Source of the DNA: Comamonadaceae bacterium
Lineage (GTDB): Bacteria > Pseudomonadota > Gammaproteobacteria > Burkholderiales > Burkholderiaceae_C
Length of the DNA stretch: 64,000 nucleotides
Assembly: GCA_947447985.1 (NCBI GenBank)
Contig: CANFLX010000008.1
Coordinates: 9,161 to 73,160, forward strand
Direction of reading: 5' to 3'
The translations under genes and the position numbers were made by a program. Shown here piece by piece: positions 36,534 through 45,611 of this stretch (its first letter is position 1; each line of letters begins with the position of its first letter). The notes below the pieces were generated by a model that was given only the letters and a program-made list of their open reading frames with translations, was not told the origin of the DNA and ran no database searches.

Positions 36534-37243
36534 GCTTGCCGAAATTGGCCCTGTTTGACCTGGACCACACCCTGTTGCCGATTGACTCCGATTACTCCTG
36601 GGGTCAATTCACAGCCGCACGGGGCTGGACCGACCCCGTCGAATTCACCCGCCAGAACGATGCCTTTTATGCCCAGTACAAGGCAGGCACCCTGAATATT
36701 TACGAGTACGCCCGTTTTGCCACAGCCGCCTTTGTGCGCCAGGGCGAAGCCCAGAGCCTGGCTGCCCATGCCGACTACATGCGCACCGTGGTGCAGCCCG
36801 CCATCAAGCCCCAGGCACTGAAACTGGTGCAAGAGCACAAAGCTGAAGGCGCCACCGTGATCGTGGTCACCGCCACCAATGAATTCGTAACCGGCCCGAT
36901 CGCCAAGGCCTTTGGCGCCGACGCGCTGATGGCGGTGGACATCGAGCGCGACACCCGTCCCGGCGGCACCGGCTGGTTTACCGGCGAAGTCCGTGGCATT
37001 CCGAGCTTTCGCGAAGGCAAGGTGCAGCGCGTGGAGGCCTGGCTTGCCGAGCGCGGATGGGGCTGGGCCGACGTGCACAGCACCTTTTATTCCGACTCCA
37101 TCAACGACCTTCCGCTCCTGGAAAAAGCCAACGTGCCCGTCGCCACCAACCCGGACGATCCACTGCGCGCCATTGCCCAAGCCCGGGGATGGCGCATACT
37201 CGAACTCTTCAACACCGCGTCCGACAGTGGCGCCGCAGGCTAA
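36530..37243 (+). CDS. HAD-IB family hydrolase
   Basis: LFDLDHTLLPIDSD (DxDxT) and SDSINDLPLL (motif IV). The ATG overlaps the hda stop. Confidence 0.8.
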   Translation: MSLPKLALFDLDHTLLPIDSDYSWGQFTAARGWTDPVEFTRQNDAFYAQYKAGTLNIYEYARFATAAFVRQGEAQSLAAHADYMRTVVQPAIKPQALKLVQEHKAEGATVIVVTATNEFVTGPIAKAFGADALMAVDIERDTRPGGTGWFTGEVRGIPSFREGKVQRVEAWLAERGWGWADVHSTFYSDSINDLPLLEKANVPVATNPDDPLRAIAQARGWRILELFNTASDSGAAG

Positions 37244-37277
37244 GCGCGCCACAACAGCGCATGCGCCACAAGGACCT

Positions 37278-38873
37278 ATGATCAAAAAATTCATCAGCAA
37301 GCTGCTCGGACTCCCGGGCGGTGCCGCCGCAACGGCGGGCAAACCAAACTTTGGTAAGCGGGTCGAGGTACCCGTCAGCGCCCACGGCATTGATGTGAGC
37401 CTGGTCGACGACCGCGCCATCAATGTGGTGCGCACTTTGCAAGACGCCGGTTTTGTCGCTTACATCGTGGGCGGCGCGGTGCGCGACCTGCTGCTGGGCT
37501 TGCGCCCCAAAGACTTTGACGTAGCCACCGACGCCACGCCCGAGCAAGTCAAGAGCCTATTTCGCCGCGCCTTCATCATCGGGCGGCGCTTTCGCATCGT
37601 CCATGTGGTTTATGGGCGCGGGCGCGAGCACGAGGTGATTGAGGTTTCCACCTTCCGTGCTTATTTGGACAATGCGGCGGCCGAGCAGGTCGCCGGCAAT
37701 GAGAAAACCAGCAAAAGCGAGCTAGCGGGTATGAAGCACGCGGTGGACTCTACGGGACGCGTGCTGCGCGACAACGTCTGGGGCCCGCAAGAAGAAGACG
37801 CCGTGCGGCGCGACTTCACCATCAACGCCATGTACTACGACCCGGCCACGCAAATCGTGGTCGACTACCACCAAGGCCTCAAAGACGCCAAAAACCGCAC
37901 CCTGCGCATGATTGGCGATGCGGCCGTGCGATACCGCGAAGACCCGGTGCGCATCATCCGCGCGGTGCGCTTTGGCGCCAAGCTCAGCGGCTTGGGCTTC
38001 AAGCTCGACCCCAAAACGGCGGCTCCGATTGCCAAGTGCCTCCCGCTGCTGTCCGATGTGCCGCAAAGCCGCTTGTTTGACGAAATGCTCAAGCTGCTGC
38101 AGACCGGTCACGCGCTGGCGTCGATTGCGCAGTTGCGCAAGCTGGGTCTGGCAAAAGGCATTTACCCCTTGCTCGACGTGGTGGTGGAGCGTGCTGAGTC
38201 GCCCTTTGTCAACGCGGCCTTGCAAGACACCGACCGCCGTGTGGGCGAGGGAAAGCCGGTCGCACCCAGCTTTTTGCTGGCTTGCGTGCTTTGGGCGGAT
38301 GTGCGTGACGGCTGGGCGGTGCGCCTGGAGCAACGCCAGCATTCACATCCTGCACTGCAAGATGCGATTGACGATGTGTTCAATGCCCGCATTGGCGATG
38401 TGTCCGGCCGGGGCAAGCTCGCTGGTGACATGCGCGAAATTTGGATGATGCAGCCGCGCTTTGAAAAACGCGTGGGCAGTGCCCCCTTTGGTTTGGTGCA
38501 GCAAGAGCGTTTCCGCGCGGCCTTTGACTTCATGCGCCTGCGCGCTGACATTGGTGAGGTGGACGAAGCCCTGGGCGACTGGTGGCAAGAGTTCAGCACC
38601 GGCGACGACCAACTGCGCGAAGACCTGGTGGACCAGGTTCGCCAGGAAACCCAAAAACGCGCCCGCGGCCCCAAGGTGCAGCGCGCGCCCGCCCCCGATG
38701 GAGCACCCGCAGCACGCAGCGCTTCGTCGGCGCCCGGTGATGCAGTGCCTTCGACCGACACCGCTGGCGACGAAGCGCCCCGCCCCAAGCGCCGCCGCCG
38801 TCGCCGCACCGGTGGTGCGGGCGGTGCGGGTGGTGGCGATGCGGCCCCCCGCAGCGAAGCCAGCGGCGACTAA
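37278..38873 (+). CDS. pcnB: Poly(A) polymerase I
   Basis: Start set at ATG 37278 inside ORF 36993..38873. GGAVRDLLLGLRPKDFDVATDATPEQV, RFRIVHV and an Arg-rich C-terminal tail. Followed by folK, as in E. coli. Confidence 0.9.
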   Translation: MIKKFISKLLGLPGGAAATAGKPNFGKRVEVPVSAHGIDVSLVDDRAINVVRTLQDAGFVAYIVGGAVRDLLLGLRPKDFDVATDATPEQVKSLFRRAFIIGRRFRIVHVVYGRGREHEVIEVSTFRAYLDNAAAEQVAGNEKTSKSELAGMKHAVDSTGRVLRDNVWGPQEEDAVRRDFTINAMYYDPATQIVVDYHQGLKDAKNRTLRMIGDAAVRYREDPVRIIRAVRFGAKLSGLGFKLDPKTAAPIAKCLPLLSDVPQSRLFDEMLKLLQTGHALASIAQLRKLGLAKGIYPLLDVVVERAESPFVNAALQDTDRRVGEGKPVAPSFLLACVLWADVRDGWAVRLEQRQHSHPALQDAIDDVFNARIGDVSGRGKLAGDMREIWMMQPRFEKRVGSAPFGLVQQERFRAAFDFMRLRADIGEVDEALGDWWQEFSTGDDQLREDLVDQVRQETQKRARGPKVQRAPAPDGAPAARSASSAPGDAVPSTDTAGDEAPRPKRRRRRRTGGAGGAGGGDAAPRSEASGD

Positions 38874-38888
38874 GCAGGCCACAGGCCC

Positions 38889-39356
38889 ATGCGCGACCGC
38901 GTGCTTGCCACCCTTGGCATAGGCGCCAACCTGGGCCAGGCGCAGGCGGCGGTGCAAGCGGCCATGGCCGCTATTGGCGCGCTGCCGCAGACGCAGCTGT
39001 TGCGCGCGTCATCCCTCTATGGCAGTGCGCCCGTGGATTCCAGCGGGCCGGACTATGTCAATGCGGTGGTGCAAGTGCACACGGGCTTGAGCGCACCGGC
39101 CTTGTTGGCCGAATTGCAAAAAATCGAGCAGGCGGCAGGGCGTGAGCGGCCCTACCGCAATGCGCCCCGTACGCTGGATTTGGATGTGCTTCTGTATGGC
39201 GATGGCCGCATCAGCAGTGCCGCGCTGACCGTGCCGCATCCGCGCATGCAGCAACGCGCTTTTGTGCTCTTGCCGCTGGCGCAGATCGCACCGCAGCTGG
39301 TGAGTGAATCGGCGTTGGCCGCGGTGCGCGACCAGGCGATTCACATCATTGCCTGA
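38889..39356 (+). CDS. folK: 6-hydroxymethyl-7,8-dihydropterin pyrophosphokinase
   Basis: LGIGANLG, PRTLDLDVLLYG, LTVPHPRMQQRAFVLLPL. Confidence 0.9.
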   Translation: MRDRVLATLGIGANLGQAQAAVQAAMAAIGALPQTQLLRASSLYGSAPVDSSGPDYVNAVVQVHTGLSAPALLAELQKIEQAAGRERPYRNAPRTLDLDVLLYGDGRISSAALTVPHPRMQQRAFVLLPLAQIAPQLVSESALAAVRDQAIHIIA

Positions 39357-39364
39357 CGCAGGGT

Positions 39365-40555
39365 TCAAGGCAGGATGGGGTGGTGTGTCATGTCCAGGTG
39401 CAGGGCCGTGCCGGTGTACGGGTGCGCGCGAGCCACGTCTTCGTCAAGTTCCACACCCAGGCCAGGGGCCGTGGGCGGAATGATGTAACCGTCTTGCCAC
39501 TCGATGGGTTTTTTCAGAATCTCGCTGTGGAAACCCTTCCAGTCCAGAATGCTTTCTTGAATCAGGAAATTCGGGCTGCAGGTCGCGAGCTGGATGTTGG
39601 CAGCGCCGACCACCGGTCCGCAGTACAGGTGGGGCGCAATTTGCACATGGTAGGCCTCGGCCATGGAGGCAATTTTCTTGCCCTCCAAAATGCCACCCAC
39701 CCGGCCCAGGTTCATTTGCAAAATCGCAGCGGCCCCTTCTTCGAGCACGCGCACAAACTCCCACTTGGTCGTTAGGCGCTCGCCGCAGGCCACAGGAATG
39801 GTGGTGCCGCGCGCGACCTTGCCCATTTCGCGCTGGTTGTCGGGTGGAATGGGTTCTTCGAACCACATCGGGTCGTACTTTTCCAATCGCCGCGCCAGGC
39901 GGATGGCACCGGCCGCGCTCATTTGCCCGTGGGTGCCAAACAGCAAATCGGCCTGGTTGCCTACCGCTTCGCGCAGCAAACGGCAGAAGGTTTCGGATCG
40001 GTCGAGTTCGGTGAGCGACAACTGACGGCCATCAAAAATCGAATAGGGGCCTGCAGGGTCAAATTTGAGCGCAGTAAAGCCCATTTGCAGGTACTCGGCA
40101 GCACGCTCCGCCGCCAGGATGGGGTCGGCGTAGACATTGGTTTTGTCGCCGTCTTTGGGGTAAATGTAGGTGTAGCTGCGCAGCTTTTCGTGCACCTGGC
40201 CACCCAGCAGTTTGTAGACGGGCTTGTTGACGTCTTTGCCCACAATGTCCCAGCACGCCATCTCGATGCCGCTCAAGATACCCATGGTCGTGATGTCGGG
40301 GCGTTGGATAAAACCGCTGCCGTACACACTGCGCCAGATCGTCTCCGTGTCATACGGGTCTTTGCCGATGACGCAGCGCTCCACCACGTCTTTGACCATT
40401 TGCTCCACGATGTGCGGGTGGTAGGGCAGGTTGTAGACCTCGCCCAGGCCCTCAATACCCTCGTCGGTGACGAGCTTCAAAAACACAAAATAGCGTCCGC
40501 CAAAGCCCGGCGGCGGGTTGCCTACGACAAAGGTTTTTACGTCGGTGATTTTCAT
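39365..40555 (-). CDS. Enolase-superfamily enzyme (mandelate racemase/muconate lactonizing family; acid-sugar dehydratase-like)
   Basis: MKITDVKTFVV...GIEGLGEV..., MACWDIVGKDVNKPVYKLLGG, FEEPIPPDN. Substrate not inferable. Confidence 0.8.
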   Translation of the reverse strand: MKITDVKTFVVGNPPPGFGGRYFVFLKLVTDEGIEGLGEVYNLPYHPHIVEQMVKDVVERCVIGKDPYDTETIWRSVYGSGFIQRPDITTMGILSGIEMACWDIVGKDVNKPVYKLLGGQVHEKLRSYTYIYPKDGDKTNVYADPILAAERAAEYLQMGFTALKFDPAGPYSIFDGRQLSLTELDRSETFCRLLREAVGNQADLLFGTHGQMSAAGAIRLARRLEKYDPMWFEEPIPPDNQREMGKVARGTTIPVACGERLTTKWEFVRVLEEGAAAILQMNLGRVGGILEGKKIASMAEAYHVQIAPHLYCGPVVGAANIQLATCSPNFLIQESILDWKGFHSEILKKPIEWQDGYIIPPTAPGLGVELDEDVARAHPYTGTALHLDMTHHPILP

Positions 40556-40597
40556 GCTGTCTCCTCGTCTTGTAGCTTTTTGTCGCGTTCGCCCGAT

Positions 40598-42031
40598 TCA
40601 GGTGGCGCTGTTGATGATTTTGTATTCCAGGTAGTCCTGCAATCCAAACCGGCCCCACTCGCGGCCGTTGCCGCTTTGCTTGAAGCCGCCAAAGGGCGAG
40701 GCGTAATCTTGCCCCGTGCCATTGATGGACACGGTGCCTGCCTTGATGCGCCGCGCCACTCGTTTGGCGCGTGCCACGTCGGCGCACTGGATGTAGGCGG
40801 CCAGGCCGTAGGGCGTGTCGTTGGCAATGGCGATCGCTTCTTCTTCGGTGTCAAAGGGAATCATCACCAGCACCGGGCCAAAGATTTCTTCGCGGGCAAT
40901 GCGCATTTGGTTGTGGACGTCGGCGAACACGGTGGGGCGGGCGTAGTAGCCGTGCTCGAACCCTTCAGGTCGGCCCAGACCGCCGCACAGCACACGGGCA
41001 CCTTCGTCGATACCGATTTGGATGTAGCGCTGCACCGTATCAAACTGGCGTTTGGACGCCAGCGGGCCGATGCCGTTGCCCTTGTCAGCGGGGTGAATCA
41101 CCGGGACGGCGGCACCCGCTTGTGCGGCGTATTCCACAGCCTGCGCATAGACCGAACGCTCCACCAGCAAGCGCGTGGGCGCGTTGCAGCTTTGGCCGGT
41201 GTTGCTCATGCATTTGTTGACGCTCCAGCGCACCGCCTTGTCGACCTTGGAGTCGGCAAAGACGATGTTGGGGGACTTGCCGCCCAACTCCTGCACCACG
41301 CGTTTGACGGTATCCGCCGCATGTTTGGCCACCGAAATGCCAGCGGCGGTGGAGCCTGTGAACGACACCAAATCCACCTCGGGGTGGCTGCTCAGTGCCG
41401 GGCCGACCACGGGGCCGTCGCCGTAAATCATGTTGAAGACGCCCGGCGGGTAACCGGCTTCGTGCACAAACTCCGCCACCAGCTTGGCCGACAGGGGCGC
41501 GTATTCGCTGGGCTTGAGCACCACGGTGCAACCGGCCAGCAGCGCGGGCGCGAGCTTGGAGACGATTTGGTTGAGCGGCCAGTTCCAGGGCGTGATCAGC
41601 ACGCACACGCCGATGGCTTCGCACACCAGATCGCCGTTGGGGCCGCTGCGGCTCACCCACGGGTAGTCTTTAGACGCTTCCAGCGTGGCTTTGATGTGGC
41701 CAGTGCCGCACTCGGCTTGGGCGTCATAGGCCCAGTCCCAGGGCGCGCCCATTTCGGTGCTCAGGGCCTGTGCAGTTTCGGTGTAGCGGCGCTCAAAGGC
41801 GGCGAGCAGTTTTTGCAGCAGCTCGGTGCGGTGCGCCAGGCTGGTTTGGCTGAAGCTGTCAAAGGCCTTGCGGGCGGCGGCCACGGCGCGGTTGACGTCG
41901 TCGGCGCTGCCCATCATGACCTCGCCCACGACCGATTCATCGCCGGGGCTGACCACGGGGTGCACGGTGTGCGCACCCACAGGCTCTACCCAAGCGCCGT
42001 CAATGTAAAAGTTGCAATGTGTCATCGTCAT
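40598..42031 (-). CDS. NAD(P)-dependent aldehyde dehydrogenase
   Basis: ITPWNWPL, ELGGKSPNIV, GQSCNAPTRLLV (catalytic Cys), EEIFGPV. Confidence 0.9.
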   Translation of the reverse strand: MTMTHCNFYIDGAWVEPVGAHTVHPVVSPGDESVVGEVMMGSADDVNRAVAAARKAFDSFSQTSLAHRTELLQKLLAAFERRYTETAQALSTEMGAPWDWAYDAQAECGTGHIKATLEASKDYPWVSRSGPNGDLVCEAIGVCVLITPWNWPLNQIVSKLAPALLAGCTVVLKPSEYAPLSAKLVAEFVHEAGYPPGVFNMIYGDGPVVGPALSSHPEVDLVSFTGSTAAGISVAKHAADTVKRVVQELGGKSPNIVFADSKVDKAVRWSVNKCMSNTGQSCNAPTRLLVERSVYAQAVEYAAQAGAAVPVIHPADKGNGIGPLASKRQFDTVQRYIQIGIDEGARVLCGGLGRPEGFEHGYYARPTVFADVHNQMRIAREEIFGPVLVMIPFDTEEEAIAIANDTPYGLAAYIQCADVARAKRVARRIKAGTVSINGTGQDYASPFGGFKQSGNGREWGRFGLQDYLEYKIINSAT

Positions 42032-42060
42032 GGTGTGCTCCCGAAAAATGAATGTGGCTA

Positions 42061-43563
42061 TCAGGCCAGGTTAATCCAGGTGGATTTTGTCTGCAGGTAG
42101 GAAAGCAGACTGTCTTTGTGTTTGTCACGAGAATTGCCGCTTTGTTTGTAGCCGCCAAAGGGCTGGGTCATGTCGCCGTCGCCAAAGCAGTTCACCCAAA
42201 TCACACCCGCCTGCAAAGCGGCGCCCATGCGGTGGGCGCTTTGCAGGTCCGAGGTCCAGACACTGGCGGCCAGTCCATAGACCGAATCGTTGGCAAGGGC
42301 AATGGCTTCTTGGGCCGTGTCGAAGGCCTGCACCGATGCCACCGGCCCGAAGGTTTCTTCCTGCACGATGGCCATGTCCTGGCGCACCTGCGTGAACAAG
42401 GTGGGGGCTAGGTAAGCACCTGCGGCGTTCAGGCCCGCGCCCAATGCTGGCAGTACCTGGTGCGCGCCTTGCTCGAGTGCGCGGGCGATGCGCGCGTTCA
42501 CATTGCTGCGCTGCGTCTGGCTCACCAACGGGCCCATGGTGGTGGCGGGGTCCAACGGATCGCCGGGGGAATACAGGGCGGCGGTGCGCTCGACAAAACG
42601 CTCCACAAATCGGTCGTGCAAAGAGCGGTGCACCAGCAGGCGCGAGCCTGCGTTGCAGACCTGACCCGCGTTGTCAAAAATGCCGCCGACCGCGCGGTCC
42701 ACTGCGGCGTCAAAGTCGTAGAGATCGGGCATGAAGATTTGCGGGCTTTTGCCGCCAGTCTCCAGCGCGATGCGCTTCATATTGCTCTGTCCCGCGTAAC
42801 CCAGCAGCAGCTTGCCCACGGCGGTAGAGCCGGTGAAGGTAATTTTTTCCACGTCCATGTGCAGGGCCAGCGCTTTGCCCGCCTCGGCCCCCATGCCGTT
42901 GACCACATTGAACACGCCAGGCGGCCCCCCCGCATCCACAAACAGCTGCGCCAAACGCGTGCACGTCAGGGGCGCTTGTTCGGCGGGCTTGAGCACCACG
43001 CAGTTGCCTGCCGTCAAAATAGGGGCGAGCTTCCAGACCGCCATGAGCATGGGGTAATTCCAAGGCGTGATGGCGCCCACCACACCCAAGGGCTCGTGGG
43101 TAATGGTGTGCAGCGCACTGGCGTCGGTGCTGGTGACCGCGCCGTCGATCTTGTCGATGCATTCGGCAAAGTAGCGAATGGTTTTCAGGACCTCGGGCAG
43201 GTCGATGTTGAACATGTCTGAAATCGGCTTGCCCATGTCCAGGGTTTCCAAGAGTGCCAATTCCGCGCTGTGGGTTTCGACCAAATCAGCCCACTTCAGC
43301 AGCACCTGCGCACGCGCGCGTGGCGCCTGACGCGCCCAGCGACCATCATTCCAGGCGGCGCGGCACGAGGCCACCGCGCGGTCGATGTCGGCGGCCTGGC
43401 CTTTGGCCATCTGCGCCAGCACCGTGCCTGTGGCCGGGTTGATGCACTCAAAGGTTTCCCCTGCCAATGCGTCCACAGAGTGGCCGTCAATGAACAAGCC
43501 GGTGGTGATGTGAACCTGGGCGGCGCGGTTCAGCCAGTCTTGGTGGGTGGGAGCATGCGACAT
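42061..43563 (-). CDS. NAD(P)-dependent aldehyde dehydrogenase (second paralog)
   Basis: Start set at ATG 43563. ITPWNYPML, ETGGKSPQIF, GQVCNAGSRLLV, EETFGPV. Confidence 0.9.
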   Translation of the reverse strand: MSHAPTHQDWLNRAAQVHITTGLFIDGHSVDALAGETFECINPATGTVLAQMAKGQAADIDRAVASCRAAWNDGRWARQAPRARAQVLLKWADLVETHSAELALLETLDMGKPISDMFNIDLPEVLKTIRYFAECIDKIDGAVTSTDASALHTITHEPLGVVGAITPWNYPMLMAVWKLAPILTAGNCVVLKPAEQAPLTCTRLAQLFVDAGGPPGVFNVVNGMGAEAGKALALHMDVEKITFTGSTAVGKLLLGYAGQSNMKRIALETGGKSPQIFMPDLYDFDAAVDRAVGGIFDNAGQVCNAGSRLLVHRSLHDRFVERFVERTAALYSPGDPLDPATTMGPLVSQTQRSNVNARIARALEQGAHQVLPALGAGLNAAGAYLAPTLFTQVRQDMAIVQEETFGPVASVQAFDTAQEAIALANDSVYGLAASVWTSDLQSAHRMGAALQAGVIWVNCFGDGDMTQPFGGYKQSGNSRDKHKDSLLSYLQTKSTWINLA

Positions 43564-43599
43564 GGGGACTTCCTTTGAATCGACGGATTGCAAGCGTCT

Positions 43600-44529
43600 T
43601 TATTCAGCCACCAGTTCAGTCGGGTAACCGGGGGCGCGCAACTCCAAGCCGCACGCGGCTTCGATCATGCGCACCACCTCGGGTGATTGGGCTTGGCTGC
43701 CGTACAGGCCGCGCGCACGGCGGAAAATTTGCTGTGCCATGCTGCCCAACTCGAGCGGCACGCCGATTTTTTCGGCAATGCCATTGACCAGGCCCAGGTC
43801 TTTGCAGGCCAGGTCCATGGTGAACTTGACGTTGTAGCTGCCCGAGAGCACCAGCTTGGACTCGGTCTCGTGCACAAAGCTGTTTCCCGAACTCGCGCGG
43901 ATGGCGCGGTAGGTGGCATCGGGGTCCACGCCGTATTTGGCGGGCAGCATCATGGCTTCGCCCGCGGCAATCAGGTGGATGAAGGCCAGCATATTGGTCA
44001 CGACCTTCACCACCGAGGCATTGCCCATCTTGCCCATGTAAATGATTTCGCCACCCATGGTGGCCAGCACGTCGTGCACACGGTCAAAAGTGCTTTGCTC
44101 GCCGCCCACCAGCACGGTGATTTCACCCGAATTGGCCAAATGCACGCCGCCGGTCACGGGGCACTCCAGCACGGTCAGGCCTTTGGTCGCTGCCACCTCG
44201 GCCAGGCGCAACAGGTCTTCCATGTCGGTGGTGCTCATCTCAATCCAGGTGCCACCGCTTTTCAGGTTGTCAAAAACACCACCGGGGCCTTCGACGACTT
44301 TGCGCGATACGGCGGGCGAGGGCAGCACGGTGATCACCACGTCCGCGTCGCGGCAGGTGCCGGCCACATCGTCCGACCAGGTGGCGCCACCGGCGAGCAG
44401 GCGCTCTGCCAGGCTTTTGTTGAGGTCGTTCACGACGACGGGGTAGCCCGCCTTGACCAGGTTGTTGCACAGGCCTTCGCCCAGTGCGCCCAGGCCGATA
44501 AAACCGATGCGGAGTTTGGAGTTGCTCAT
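43600..44529 (-). CDS. 3-hydroxyisobutyrate dehydrogenase family NAD(P)-dependent oxidoreductase
   Basis: IGFIGLGALGEGL NAD-binding fold, GGVHLANSGEITVLVGG, KDLGL. Confidence 0.85.
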   Translation of the reverse strand: MSNSKLRIGFIGLGALGEGLCNNLVKAGYPVVVNDLNKSLAERLLAGGATWSDDVAGTCRDADVVITVLPSPAVSRKVVEGPGGVFDNLKSGGTWIEMSTTDMEDLLRLAEVAATKGLTVLECPVTGGVHLANSGEITVLVGGEQSTFDRVHDVLATMGGEIIYMGKMGNASVVKVVTNMLAFIHLIAAGEAMMLPAKYGVDPDATYRAIRASSGNSFVHETESKLVLSGSYNVKFTMDLACKDLGLVNGIAEKIGVPLELGSMAQQIFRRARGLYGSQAQSPEVVRMIEAACGLELRAPGYPTELVAE

Positions 44530-44556
44530 GCTGATTCCTTTGATTGAACTAAAAAA

Positions 44557-45546
44557 TTAACGGCTCACGTCCACCACCACGCGTCCGCGTGAGGTGCCCG
44601 CCATAAAGTCTTTGGACAGGGCGATCACCTCGCCCAAGCCCACCACACGTTCCATGTGCGCTTGGGCAGGCGCGGCAAATTCGCGCGCCAGACGTTCCCA
44701 GGCCGCGATGCGTCGCGCCTTGGGGCACATCACCGAGTCCACGCCCAAAAGGCGCACGCCCCGCAAAATAAAGGGCATGACCGTGGTATCCAGGCCAAAA
44801 CCACCCGCCAGGCCGCAGGCCGCCACCGCGCCGCCGTAGTCCATTTCGCTCAACAGGCGGGCCAGCACGGTGCCACCGACGACGTCGACAGCGCCTTGCC
44901 AACGCTGGCTGGCCAAAGGCGCTGGTTTTTCTTTCCATTCAGGCCCGCCTATCACCTCCTGCGCACCCAGGCTGAGCAGGTAGTCGCGGTTCTCGTCCGG
45001 ACGTTGGCTGAGCGCGGTGACCTCGTAGCCCAGGCCAGCCAACAGGCTGATGGCCACGCTGCCCACGCCGCCGTTGGCGCCGCTGACCACGATCTTGCCG
45101 CTCTTCACACCGGCGTCCTCCAGCGCCATCACGCACAACATGGCAGTGAGTCCGGCGGTGCCGATGGCCATGGCGCTGTGCGTGCTCAGGCCGTGTGGCA
45201 GGGGCACCAGCCACTCGGCCTTGACGCGTTGCATCTGGCTGTAGCCACCCCAAAAGCGCTCACCCACACTCCAACCGGTCAGCACGACTTTGTCGCCTGC
45301 ACGGTAGTCGGCGCTGCTGGACTCGACCACGGTGCCTGCAAAGTCGATGCCTGGCACCATGGGAAAGCTGCGGATGATCTTGCCCGTGCCGGTAATGGCC
45401 ATGGCGTCTTTGTAGTTGATGCTGGAGTAGTCAATCGCGACCAGCACCTCACCTGCAGGCAGGTCGGCTTGCGTGAGTTGCTTCAGCGTGGGAACGGGCT
45501 TGCCCTCAACCTGGTCGACAACAAGGGCTTGGAAAGTAGAAGTCAT
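44557..45546 (-). CDS. yhdH: YhdH/AcuI-family MDR oxidoreductase (acrylyl-CoA reductase-like)
   Basis: Colinear with E. coli YhdH: SSINYKDAMAITGTGKIIRSFPMVPGIDFAGTV...GTAGLTAMLCVMALEDAGV...GGAVAACGLAGGFGLDTTVMPFILRGVRLLGVDSV. Confidence 0.9.
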   Translation of the reverse strand: MTSTFQALVVDQVEGKPVPTLKQLTQADLPAGEVLVAIDYSSINYKDAMAITGTGKIIRSFPMVPGIDFAGTVVESSSADYRAGDKVVLTGWSVGERFWGGYSQMQRVKAEWLVPLPHGLSTHSAMAIGTAGLTAMLCVMALEDAGVKSGKIVVSGANGGVGSVAISLLAGLGYEVTALSQRPDENRDYLLSLGAQEVIGGPEWKEKPAPLASQRWQGAVDVVGGTVLARLLSEMDYGGAVAACGLAGGFGLDTTVMPFILRGVRLLGVDSVMCPKARRIAAWERLAREFAAPAQAHMERVVGLGEVIALSKDFMAGTSRGRVVVDVSR

Positions 45547-45611
45547 GGTGGTGCGGGGAAAGAAGTGAAAGAAGACCTGAATTAAACGACAAGGCGGCGC
45601 CTGCAGGAGCC

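Noticed and set aside
36993-37277. The N-terminal extension of the pcnB ORF overlaps the HAD hydrolase gene.
   Set aside because: The extension overlaps a gene with clear HAD motifs in another frame. PcnB homology begins after the ATG at 37278 (MIKKFISKLLG).
39923-42100. A 725-aa ORF spans the antisense strand of the enolase-family and ALDH genes.
   Set aside because: It crosses a gene boundary on the other strand and has low-complexity composition, so it is a GC-rich shadow frame.
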